This document shows, piece after piece, positions 33,537 through 42,178 of a stretch of 64,000 nt of DNA; position 1 is the stretch's first letter, and each line of letters starts with the position of its first letter. The stretch lies in NCBI GenBank assembly GCA_049324495.1, contig JBMOOP010000128.1, forward strand, positions 10,797 through 74,796, read 5' to 3'. This DNA comes from Pseudomonadota bacterium (GTDB lineage Bacteria > Pseudomonadota > Gammaproteobacteria > Pseudomonadales > JADFDG01). The notes below the pieces were generated by a model that had not been told where the DNA came from, did not search any database, and saw only the letters and a program-made list of their open reading frames with translations. A program made the position numbers and the translations under genes.

Positions 33537-33552
33537 TTCGCCAGCATTTCCT

Positions 33553-35340
33553 TCAGGGATAACCCTGCGCGCGCCGCTCGGCGATAACGGCCATGAAGTG
33601 ATCGGCAAAATCGCGCGCTGACTGCGATGGATTGCTCATCATCGCTTCCATGAATCGCTGTTCCGCATCGCCGACGGCTTTTGCGTAATCGCTGTCGTGC
33701 AGCAGGCGAGTGGCCCTGGCCACGTAGTCCTCGCTGTCGGTCGCGTGCTGGAACAGGATCGAGCCGTCCTTGTCGGCGAGAATTCCACGTGCCAGCGCGG
33801 TGTCTTCCGCCGTGCCCGTTTTGCCGTCGATCATCGACCAGAGAATGCGGTCGTAGGACGGGTCCTCGGACTGCGGATCGGCGGCCATGAACACCACCGG
33901 CGTGCCGGCCGCCATGGTGTCCAGCACGGTGAAGCCGCAGCCGAACGGGAAGGTGTCGAGGAAGACGTCCAGCACCTGCGCGTAGACCTTGATGTTGACC
34001 CAGCCAAGGAACCGCGTCTGGTCGATGACGCCGGCATCTCGGAAACGGCTGCTGATGTCGGCGGCCTCCTCGCGGCCGGTCCACAGGAATATTGCATCCC
34101 GATTTCGCTGGAGTATGGCGATGACGGCATCGAGGAACCGCGGGCTGCGGATGAGTTCGTGGCGCGCCAGCGTGCCGAGGATCTTCGCCGGCCGGTATTG
34201 CGCGACGATGGCGTCCGCCTCGGGACGCAGCGACGGATCGTAGCGCCCGGCAACCTGCAGCCGGCCGGCACGCCATACCCGGCCCTGCTTGACCTCGGTG
34301 CGTGAAAACGAGCCACTGGTGACATAGCCGTCGATCTCGTCGAAGCCGAGGCCGTGGTACTTCATGGACCACCAGATCTGCACTGGCGCGACGCGCATGG
34401 CGAACGCCAGCGGCATCATGATGGCCAGGCTGACCCAGACGAGACAGTTCACGCCATCGGTATGCAGCCGTTCGCGGAGGCGGGTCAGGCGCGTATAAAA
34501 ACTGTCCTTCGTTTCCGGGTACTCCTTGTCGAGGAGGATCACCGGGACGCCGATCTGCCGGAAGCGCTGCTGCATCGCGGCATCTTCGCCGCCGAAGCAG
34601 TAGATGACCGGGTCGAATGGCTTGTCGGCAAGTTGCTGGTAGCCGTCGAGCACATTGATGAGTGCCTCGATGTGCGCGAGCGTGCTGGCGTTGTGAATGA
34701 AGAACCCGATGCGCTGGCGTCCGCCCTCGACGGGTGCCGGCAGCGGTGGCAGACGGATGCGCAGGCGGCGCCCGGCGGCCAGCATGTCCGGGACCCACTC
34801 GTTGAGCTTGTCGCGGAAATGATCTTCCGTTTCGCGCTGTTTCACGAAGTGCTCGTAGCACTGCACTTCCAGTGCCAGCGCGTGGTCGAAGGCCCCTTGG
34901 GCGAGCGACCAGCGCAGCATGGGCAGCGCGCAGCCATAATGGATGCGCTCGAGCGTCTCGTAATCGTTGCTCTTGTGGAATCCCAGCGCATTGAGCAGCG
35001 GGAATATCAGGGAAAGCGTGTCCCGCACGGAGCGTCGGTCCACCAGTTTCTGCTGCAGGAGACTGATCAGCCCGGCATCAATCCTTCCGCAGACCCGTGC
35101 TGCCGTCGCGATGTTGGTCAGCAGGCTCGGCGACATGTCGCCGCGTTCCAGTGCGGCGAGCAACAACGGCAGGCCTGCAGCGGCGTTGCCGAGTTGCGTG
35201 TTGGCAACGCCAAGCAGGTGCAGTGCCTGCGGGTATACCGGGCTGGCCGGGGAAATCTCCCGGGCGATCGCGATGCCATCCGCGTTGCGCCCGGACTGGA
35301 TGGCGTGCATGGCCTGCTGGATGCGCGCGGCGTCGTCCAT
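33553..35340 (-). CDS. TPR-repeat protein with a C-terminal GT41 (O-GlcNAc transferase/SPINDLY-like) glycosyltransferase domain
   Basis: ATG at 35340 (MDDAARIQQAMHAIQSGR...). N-terminal TPR-like helices are followed by blocks matching the GT41 pattern: RIGFFIHNAS..., APVQIWWSMKYHGLG..DGYV, RSPRFLDAVIAILQRNRDAIFLWTG, RFLGWV....Y..VLDVFLDTFPFGCGFTVLDTMAAGTPVV. The Arg-rich extension of the ORF up to 35661 was rejected. Confidence 0.75.
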   Translation of the reverse strand: MDDAARIQQAMHAIQSGRNADGIAIAREISPASPVYPQALHLLGVANTQLGNAAAGLPLLLAALERGDMSPSLLTNIATAARVCGRIDAGLISLLQQKLVDRRSVRDTLSLIFPLLNALGFHKSNDYETLERIHYGCALPMLRWSLAQGAFDHALALEVQCYEHFVKQRETEDHFRDKLNEWVPDMLAAGRRLRIRLPPLPAPVEGGRQRIGFFIHNASTLAHIEALINVLDGYQQLADKPFDPVIYCFGGEDAAMQQRFRQIGVPVILLDKEYPETKDSFYTRLTRLRERLHTDGVNCLVWVSLAIMMPLAFAMRVAPVQIWWSMKYHGLGFDEIDGYVTSGSFSRTEVKQGRVWRAGRLQVAGRYDPSLRPEADAIVAQYRPAKILGTLARHELIRSPRFLDAVIAILQRNRDAIFLWTGREEAADISSRFRDAGVIDQTRFLGWVNIKVYAQVLDVFLDTFPFGCGFTVLDTMAAGTPVVFMAADPQSEDPSYDRILWSMIDGKTGTAEDTALARGILADKDGSILFQHATDSEDYVARATRLLHDSDYAKAVGDAEQRFMEAMMSNPSQSARDFADHFMAVIAERRAQGYP

Positions 35341-35381
35341 CGGGCTGGATTCCGTGACTGCGTTCGAACGAGGGTGCGGGT

Positions 35382-36074
35382 TCAGGACTGGAGCTTTCGC
35401 TCTTCCATGAACAGCAGGTGGTCGCGCTCGTCGGTCCAGACCTTCGCGTAGCCGCAATCCTGGTACGCGCTGTAGTACGGGCCGCCAAGCGTGTAGTGCA
35501 GGTTGGAAACCTGGTCGAGCGGGATTTCCGGGTCGTAGTCGACGAGGTGGTTCCAGCGGTGCGGGATCTCGCCGATCTCGTGGTCGCCGGCCAGCCACTT
35601 GAACTGGTGCAGTTCGAGGCCGCTGGCCTTGCTGACGTATTCCGGGGTGAGCGCGGTGCACTTCGCGCAGTTGAACAGCATCGCGCTCGACCAGTTTTTC
35701 TTTTCGTATTTTGTCTGCACTTCGCCCAGAAACTTGGTGCCTTCTTTTGGCTGATGCTGATGCTTGACAACCTGCACTGCATAGCGGTCATCACGCAGTG
35801 CCCAGAGTTTGGCGATGTCGTCGAGCATGACCATGTCGTTGTCGAAGAACAGCGCCCAGCCTTCGAAGTTGCACAGGAAGGGTGTCAGAAATCTTGAAAA
35901 CGAAAATTCGGTGGATTGCAGCGGGTTGATTTCTCGCCGCAAAAACTGTGACACGTACTCAATGTACAGTGGCGTGAAGGCAACCGGCTGCGAACTGCGG
36001 CGCATGATGCTGTGGGCGAACACGTCGTAGATCATGCCGGCGCGGCGGTCGTAGCCTATAAATACGCGGATCAT
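35382..36074 (-). CDS. Small GT-A fold glycosyltransferase (GT8-like, DxD motif)
   Basis: ATG at 36074 (MIRVFIGYDRR...), an ATGA overlap with the upstream gene. 230 aa with FDNDMVM (DxD) after a beta-strand-rich N-terminus, resembling small nucleotide-sugar transferases. Confidence 0.6.
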   Translation of the reverse strand: MIRVFIGYDRRAGMIYDVFAHSIMRRSSQPVAFTPLYIEYVSQFLRREINPLQSTEFSFSRFLTPFLCNFEGWALFFDNDMVMLDDIAKLWALRDDRYAVQVVKHQHQPKEGTKFLGEVQTKYEKKNWSSAMLFNCAKCTALTPEYVSKASGLELHQFKWLAGDHEIGEIPHRWNHLVDYDPEIPLDQVSNLHYTLGGPYYSAYQDCGYAKVWTDERDHLLFMEERKLQS

Positions 36075-37633
36075 GGGAATTTCCGTTGTTCTTGTTGTTC
36101 GTGGAACCTGCGATCGAACATCGAGAATACCCGAGGCTGCGGGTCCTTGGGCAGCCGTGCGGCGGCCTCGGCAATGACGGGCTCCCATTCGCCGCGCTGC
36201 CGGCAGCGCAGCAGGCGTGTACCCGGGTACCAGGGCACGGTTGCGCCCTCGTAACCCCAATACCAGGGCAGGCCCTTGTCGCGGTGCAGCAGCACCCAGA
36301 CCGGCCCGCCCAGGGCGCCGGCGAGATGCACGGTGCTGTTGCTGGTCGAGATCACCAGATCCAGCGCAGCGATTTGCGCAGCGAGCCCCTCGAGATCCCG
36401 GGTGGGATCAATGCCCGGGTCGCGGTAGATATCGATGCCGCTGCGTGCGCTGAAGGCATCGATCTCGGCGGCAGTGTCCCCGTACTGCAAGCTGAAAAAC
36501 TGCACGCCGGGCACCGATAACAGCGGCAGCAACCGATCCAGGGCCAGTGATTTGGCTTCACCGGTGGACGGATTGGCGCTGCGCCAGGAGATGCCAACCC
36601 GCAGCTTTCGGCCGAAGCGTTGCGCGTAATCCTGCGCCAGCGCCTCGCACCGTGCCGGATCGGGACGCAACCAGCCGGCCCGGATCGGGAAATCGCCGAT
36701 GCTGCGGCGGAACAGCCTTGGCAGATCGCCCATCAGGCACTGGCGCGCATAGCCGGCGCGGCGCGGGTCGTCTTCCGGGGTATCGCGCGGCACGAAGGCC
36801 AGCCCGGGCAGCGAGCGGGAAAACAGCGGCAGCAAACGCGCATCGCAATCGATCACGCTGTCGGCATGGCGCTGCTGCAGGTCGGCCAGCAAGCTGGAGT
36901 AAAGGAGTTCGTCGCCGATGCCCTGTTCTGCACGCACCAGCAGCTTGCCTTCGAACGGCTGGCCATCCCATAACCGGTCTTTCGGCAGGATCACCGGGCC
37001 GGGCACGAAGCGGGTGTTCCAGCGCGCACCGAAGCTGTCGAAGCCGGCAGCGAAATCGCCCGACTTCAGCCGGTGTTCCATCTGCATGTAACGCAACTCG
37101 GCATTGTCGGGAAATGCCGTGAGAGCCCTGGCGAGCGCAGCATCCGCACCTTCCCGATCGCCGCCATTGATCAGTAACGTAATCAACGATTCCCAGCTCT
37201 TGGGCAAATCGGGCCGGATCCGGATTGCCTTGCGCAGTGTGCGGATCGCGTCCTCGTCCTGCCCGAGCTGCGTGTGACAATACGCGAGATTGATCATGCT
37301 GAGCACATCGTTCGGCGCCCGCAGTTGATAGTGCTCCAGAATCGGCAGCGCGTCGGTGTAACGTGCCTGTTGCAGCAGGGCAAGCCCGATGTGATCGCCG
37401 AACAGTCGCTCAGGTGCGGCCTGCGCGGCGGCACGCCAGATATTTTCAGCGGCGCGCCAGTCACCCAGTTCCTCGGCGAGGCGCGCGTAGTCGATAAGCA
37501 ATTCAGGGGATGTCGCCAGCACCCGCAGTGCTTTGCGGTACAGCGGCTCGGCATCGCGCAGCATGCCCGCCTGGTGCAGTGATTTCGCGCGCTGCCACGC
37601 AGCGAGTGCAGCCTGCAGTGCGATCGGATTCAT
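36071..37633 (-). CDS. TPR + GT9-like (heptosyltransferase-fold) glycosyltransferase, paralogue A
   Basis: ATG at 37633 (MNPIALQAALAAWQRAK...), 520 aa. Shared blocks: WDGQPFEGKLLVRAEQGIGDE, VGISWRS, LQYGD, DLEGLAAQIAALDLVISTSNSTVHLAGALGGPVWVLL, WYWGYEGATVPWYPG. Confidence 0.7.
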   Translation of the reverse strand: MNPIALQAALAAWQRAKSLHQAGMLRDAEPLYRKALRVLATSPELLIDYARLAEELGDWRAAENIWRAAAQAAPERLFGDHIGLALLQQARYTDALPILEHYQLRAPNDVLSMINLAYCHTQLGQDEDAIRTLRKAIRIRPDLPKSWESLITLLINGGDREGADAALARALTAFPDNAELRYMQMEHRLKSGDFAAGFDSFGARWNTRFVPGPVILPKDRLWDGQPFEGKLLVRAEQGIGDELLYSSLLADLQQRHADSVIDCDARLLPLFSRSLPGLAFVPRDTPEDDPRRAGYARQCLMGDLPRLFRRSIGDFPIRAGWLRPDPARCEALAQDYAQRFGRKLRVGISWRSANPSTGEAKSLALDRLLPLLSVPGVQFFSLQYGDTAAEIDAFSARSGIDIYRDPGIDPTRDLEGLAAQIAALDLVISTSNSTVHLAGALGGPVWVLLHRDKGLPWYWGYEGATVPWYPGTRLLRCRQRGEWEPVIAEAAARLPKDPQPRVFSMFDRRFHEQQEQRKFP

Positions 37634-39147
37634 GGCCTGATCGCGAGTGTACGGGTGAGATCTGCGGCAACGTCGCCGGCCAATGCCCGCCAGTCGCGGC
37701 GCGGCGGCCCGCGAAACAGTCGCAGCGAACGGTACCAGGGCGCGCGCTCGCCGTCGTGGCCCCAGTACCAGAGCACGTAACGGCTGCCCGGGATCATCAC
37801 CCGGGTGGGACTGCCGAGGCCTCCAGCAAGATGCGCGGTGGTATTGCTGCAGGTGACAACGGCGTCGAGCGCGGCGATCAGCGCGCACAGGCCGTCGATA
37901 TCCTCGGTGCAGTCGAGGCCGGGTGCCACCTGCAGCACGAGGCCGGCGGCACCCAGTTGCGAGAGATCCGGCGCGATGTCGCCGTATTGCAGCGACACGC
38001 AGACGAAATCGTCATGCGAGAGCAGTGGCGCCAGGTCGGTCACCGGGATGCTCTTGCTGTCGCCGAGCAATGCACGGGCGCTGCGCCAGGACACCCCGAT
38101 CGCGCGGCGGCCGGGGAAATTCGTCGCCAGCCAGTCGCGCCAGTGCGCCACTTGCTGCGGGTCGGCGACCAGCCAGCTGATGCGCTCCGGCATGCGATCG
38201 ATGTCGCGGCGGAAATAGCGGCCGAGTTCCAGCCCGTCGATCTTGCGCGCGGCGGGATCGCGCGCGGCCCGCTCCAGCGCATCGGACTTGCGATCGGCAA
38301 ACTGCAGTGACGGGAACGAGCGACGATACAGCGGCAACAGTCGCGCATCGCAGTCGATCAGCGCGGGCTGGCCGATGCGCACCAGTTCCTCGTAAACGGA
38401 GGAGGCGAGCACCTGGTCGCCGAGGCCCTGCTCGGCGGTGACCAGCAGCGTGCCGTCGAAGCGCCGGCCATCCCAGGCCGGGCAGGGAAGCTGGGCGCCC
38501 TTGGGTTTTTCCAGCGACAGCGCCCAGCGGTGATGCATGTACTCGAAGCCGGTGGCGTAGTCGCCGGAGAGAAAACCGTGCTCGGAGCGGCCGGCGAGCA
38601 GCTGCGCATTCTGCGGCCAGTCGGCAAGCAGTTTCGGCATCCATTCGTCCAGTTCCCGGCGGCGACCGAGCCGCAGCAGTACCGACATCAGCAGCACGGC
38701 ATTCCGTTCAGATTTCGTGCCCTGGTAGATCTGGGTCATCAGGCGGACGGAACGGTCCTGCTGGCCGCACTTTTCCAGGCACCTCGACCAGGCCAGTGCG
38801 CAGTTCTCGTCGATATTGCCATCGGCACCGATCTGTTCGAGCAGCGGCAGTGCGTCGGCGTAGCGTTGCTGATTGAAGATGGCGAGTGCGAGCCGGGCAC
38901 GATGCCGGCCTGCATAAAGGGTGTCCGCGCGCCGCAGGATGCGCTCGGCGGCTACCCAATCGGCTGCTTCCATGGCCAGTTGCCCAAGCGCAGCCAAAAC
39001 CGGTTCGCTGTCGGGCGCAAGCGCGGCGGCCTGCTGGAATGCTTCCAGTGCGGTGACGAGATTGTGTGCGGCCAGTGCGGCCTGTCCCTGTGCCAGATGT
39101 TGTTGCGCGGCGGGAGACAGCGTTGTATTGGCGTTTTTTTCGCTCAC
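37630..39147 (-). CDS. TPR + GT9-like glycosyltransferase, paralogue B
   Basis: 505 aa. Shared blocks: WDGRRFDGTLLVTAEQGLGDQ, IGVSWRS, LQYGD, DIDGLCALIAALDAVVTCSNTTAHLAGGLGSP, WYWGHDGERAPWYRS. ATGA overlaps at both ends. Confidence 0.7.
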   Translation of the reverse strand: MSEKNANTTLSPAAQQHLAQGQAALAAHNLVTALEAFQQAAALAPDSEPVLAALGQLAMEAADWVAAERILRRADTLYAGRHRARLALAIFNQQRYADALPLLEQIGADGNIDENCALAWSRCLEKCGQQDRSVRLMTQIYQGTKSERNAVLLMSVLLRLGRRRELDEWMPKLLADWPQNAQLLAGRSEHGFLSGDYATGFEYMHHRWALSLEKPKGAQLPCPAWDGRRFDGTLLVTAEQGLGDQVLASSVYEELVRIGQPALIDCDARLLPLYRRSFPSLQFADRKSDALERAARDPAARKIDGLELGRYFRRDIDRMPERISWLVADPQQVAHWRDWLATNFPGRRAIGVSWRSARALLGDSKSIPVTDLAPLLSHDDFVCVSLQYGDIAPDLSQLGAAGLVLQVAPGLDCTEDIDGLCALIAALDAVVTCSNTTAHLAGGLGSPTRVMIPGSRYVLWYWGHDGERAPWYRSLRLFRGPPRRDWRALAGDVAADLTRTLAIRP

Positions 39148-40652
39148 GGCAGAAAAACTCCCGATGCATCACGGAGGCGTATTGCCAACGCCGTCCAGTC
39201 ATTGTCCGGCCCGTTGCGCCACAGGCGCAATGAGGGATACCAAGGCGTGCGCTCCACGTCATAACCCCAATACCAAAATATCGGCCGTGCATGTGGTAAC
39301 AGAACCTGGCAGGGCACTCCGCTCGCACCCGCGAGATGAACGGTGCTGTTGCTCACCGATACCAGGCCGTCGAGCGCACCCAGTTGCGCGAGTAAACCAT
39401 CGAGATCCTGGTACGCGTCGATGCTGTCATCGGTGACGGGTATCGGCAGGCCGGCACGGGCGAGCTCTGTGAGGTCATCGGACCTTTCACCATACTGCAC
39501 GTTGATGAATACCGTATTTTGTCGTGCCAGCAGTGGTGCCAGCGCGAGGACAGGGATCGATTTGCCTGGCCCATCGCTGAAGACCCGGTTACTGTGCCAG
39601 CTCAGGCCGACGATCTGGCGGCCGGGCCAGCGCAACCGGTAATCCTGGCGTATGCGGGCGACGCGTTCGGCGTCCGGTAACAACCAGGGTGCTTGAGGCG
39701 GCATGCGATCCTGGCACCGCAGGAAGCAGGCCAGATCCAACGACTTGATCCGCCGGAAGACAATGCCGCTGGCTGCGATACGGTCAAAATGGCCTTCCCA
39801 GCGCGGCAGAAAATCAATCTCTGGAAATGAGCGGCGAAACGCCGGAATCAGGCGCGGTTCGCATTCGACCAGGGTGCGCTGGCCCATGACGATGAGATCG
39901 CGGAACATGCACGAAGCGAGAATTTCTTCGCCGAGTCCCTGCTCCCCGGCGACCAGTAATGTGCCATCGAATTGCTTGCCGTCCCAATGGTGCGCTGGCA
40001 GTTTGCGGAAATCGGGGTGGTCATGGTCGTACCGGTGGCGTATCGCACGTTGAAAAGCGAAACCGCGTCCGAATGCGCCGCGTTTCAACAGATGTACGCC
40101 ACACAGCGACAACACGTCGGGGTTGTCGCTGTGGCGGACAATGGCGCTCTCGACGAGGGTATCGAGCTCTTCGCCGCGGCCGAGATTGAACAGGCTGTTG
40201 AGAACGATCTCCATGGACTTCGCATCCGGTGCGACTGACTCGAGACGGCGGCCGCAGGCCAGGGCGTCCTGCCAGTTTTTCAAGGCGCACGACACCAGAC
40301 CGAGAGCGAGAAGCACACCGCTATCGTCCGGTTGCCGCCTGAGATGGGCGTGAAAAAAAGGAACCGCTTCTGCGAAGCGCGCCTGCTTGAACAGTGCATA
40401 ACCCAGCCGCGCCTCGACGCCTGCGTCGGGACGCAACCCTATGATTTGGCGATAGAGCTTCTCGGTGGCCTGCCAATCATGCACCTGCTCGGCAAGGCGT
40501 GCGTATTCGGCAAGGATGGCGACATGATCCGGCAGCAATAAAAGTGCCTGCCGGTAGGATTCCGCTGCCAGTGCCAGTTCACCGCGTTCGTGCTGTTGCT
40601 GCGCTTGTTGGAAACGCCGCAATCCCCTCGCCACGCTCTGGGGGTTATTCAT
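39144..40652 (-). CDS. TPR + GT9-like glycosyltransferase, paralogue C
   Basis: 502 aa. Shared blocks: WDGKQFDGTLLVAGEQGLGEE, VGLSWHS, VQYGE, DLDGLLAQLGALDGLVSVSNSTVHLAGASGVP, WYWGYDVERTPWYPS. Confidence 0.7.
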   Translation of the reverse strand: MNNPQSVARGLRRFQQAQQQHERGELALAAESYRQALLLLPDHVAILAEYARLAEQVHDWQATEKLYRQIIGLRPDAGVEARLGYALFKQARFAEAVPFFHAHLRRQPDDSGVLLALGLVSCALKNWQDALACGRRLESVAPDAKSMEIVLNSLFNLGRGEELDTLVESAIVRHSDNPDVLSLCGVHLLKRGAFGRGFAFQRAIRHRYDHDHPDFRKLPAHHWDGKQFDGTLLVAGEQGLGEEILASCMFRDLIVMGQRTLVECEPRLIPAFRRSFPEIDFLPRWEGHFDRIAASGIVFRRIKSLDLACFLRCQDRMPPQAPWLLPDAERVARIRQDYRLRWPGRQIVGLSWHSNRVFSDGPGKSIPVLALAPLLARQNTVFINVQYGERSDDLTELARAGLPIPVTDDSIDAYQDLDGLLAQLGALDGLVSVSNSTVHLAGASGVPCQVLLPHARPIFWYWGYDVERTPWYPSLRLWRNGPDNDWTALAIRLRDASGVFLP

Positions 40653-42178
40653 GGGCGCAGGGTGACGAAATCGGCAAGGCGCGCGGCAGCGGTGTTCATC
40701 AGGACGCGCCAGTCGTCGTCGCAGGTGTTGCGCAGCAATTCCAGCGACGGATACCAGGGCGTACTGGTTCCCTGGTATCCCCAGTACCAGAGCACGGGCC
40801 GTATTTTTGGCAGTAGCACCAAACAGGTTATGCCCAGTGCGCCAGCGATATGAACCGTCGTGTTGCTGGTAGAAACGATGAGATCGAGCGCTGCAATCTG
40901 GGCGAACAGGCCATCGAGATCGTTGGTGGCATCGATCCGCGCATCGACGAAGATATCGCCCATGCCTGCCGCCCGTAGGCGGTTGATATCGTCTGCCACA
41001 TCGCCATACTGCACGTTGATGAACGCGGTGTTTGCAGTGCCCAGCAGAGGTTCGAAATTCTCAAGCCGGACATTTTTCATCGCGCCGCCTTCCATCACGC
41101 GCGTACTTTTCCAGCTCAGACCGATCAGCCGTCTGCCTGGCCAGCATTGCCGGTAATCGGCCCGTAGCGTGGCCGTGCGTTCGGCATCCGGCAGCAGCCA
41201 GGCGTGCCGATCCGGAAATTTTTCTTTGCCGTTGCGAAAAAAACCGACGAGATCGAGGCCGTTGATCCTGCGAAAGGAGCCGCCCTGGTTGAATGCCTCG
41301 ACCAGCTTCTTTTGGTGGCGTGGCACAAAGCGCAGACTCGGGAATGAGCGTGCGTAAACCGGAATCAGCCGCGTGTCGCATTCGACGATCGCAGCCTGAC
41401 CGAGGGCAACGAGGTCGGCAAATACCGACGAGACCATGATCTCGTCACCGAGCCCCTGCTCGGCGGTAACCAGCAGCGTACCGTCGAACGGTTTGCCATT
41501 CCATGGCTCACCGGGTGTGCCGGCATCCGGCGGTGTTTTGAGATTATGGCGCCAACGAAAATCGGCAAAATATGCAAAACCGTTTTCATAGTCGCCGGCT
41601 TTGAGCTTGTGCAGCGCATACATGGAACGAATTTCCGGACTTTCGGGGAAACGCCGCAGCGCATCGTTGATCAGCGCCTCAAGTTCGTCGGCGCGCGCCA
41701 GGTGAAAAAGCGCATTCAATACGGCATCGAGTACTTTTGCTTCGGGCTTTAATGCGTAGGCACGCCGGGCACAGGCGAGGCCGTCCTCCCAGCGTCCGCT
41801 GGCGCAATAACAGTTGCCGAGCGCATGGATGACATCGGCATCGGCAGGATTGCGCGCGATGTGTTTTTCCAGCCAGTCAATCGCTTCGCTGAAACGTTCC
41901 AGCCGAAACAGTGCGTGGCCGACATGGCCCTCGAAATTGGAATTCGGGCGCAGCGCGCCGATCCTGCGGAAAATTTTTTCCGCAGCCTGCCAGTCGGCAA
42001 CGTCTTCCGCAAGCCTGCCGTACTCGGCGAGCACGGCAGGATGATCCGGCATCAGCCCAAGAGCCTGCTGGTAGAGCGCCGCTGCTTTCGCGTGACTGCT
42101 GGCAGCGTGCTGTTGCCGGGCAGCTTCGAAAAGTTGCAGGCCTTTTATGATTGCCTGCGAATTATTGTTGTTCTGCAT
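40649..42178 (-). CDS. TPR + GT9-like glycosyltransferase, paralogue D
   Basis: 509 aa. Shared blocks: WNGKPFDGTLLVTAEQGLGDE, IGLSWKS, VQYGD, DLDGLFAQIAALDLIVSTSNTTVHIAGALGIT, WYWGYQGTSTPWYPS. It starts 27 nt after the aroG stop. Confidence 0.7.
   Translation of the reverse strand: MQNNNNSQAIIKGLQLFEAARQQHAASSHAKAAALYQQALGLMPDHPAVLAEYGRLAEDVADWQAAEKIFRRIGALRPNSNFEGHVGHALFRLERFSEAIDWLEKHIARNPADADVIHALGNCYCASGRWEDGLACARRAYALKPEAKVLDAVLNALFHLARADELEALINDALRRFPESPEIRSMYALHKLKAGDYENGFAYFADFRWRHNLKTPPDAGTPGEPWNGKPFDGTLLVTAEQGLGDEIMVSSVFADLVALGQAAIVECDTRLIPVYARSFPSLRFVPRHQKKLVEAFNQGGSFRRINGLDLVGFFRNGKEKFPDRHAWLLPDAERTATLRADYRQCWPGRRLIGLSWKSTRVMEGGAMKNVRLENFEPLLGTANTAFINVQYGDVADDINRLRAAGMGDIFVDARIDATNDLDGLFAQIAALDLIVSTSNTTVHIAGALGITCLVLLPKIRPVLWYWGYQGTSTPWYPSLELLRNTCDDDWRVLMNTAAARLADFVTLRP

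Noticed and set aside
33365-34861. Long alternative-frame or antisense ORFs inside recognised genes. Examples: 33365-34861, 50786-52177, 60141-61394, 10196-11707, 7772-9055, 55751-56719, 29826-30536.
   Set aside because: Their translations are Arg/Gly/Ala/Pro-rich and low in complexity, with no motifs. They lie opposite or out of frame to genes with clear family signatures. Such open frames are expected by chance in GC-rich DNA.
35341-35661. N-terminal extensions of tracked ORFs. Examples: 33553-35661, 35382-36260, 36071-37888, 5938-6930, 10706-12670, 12558-14288, 22918-23670, 2475-3473.
   Set aside because: The extensions are Arg/Pro-rich, overlap the upstream gene, and precede an internal ATG or GTG. 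That internal start gives a canonical family N-terminus, signal peptide, lipobox or ATGA coupling. I used the shorter starts.
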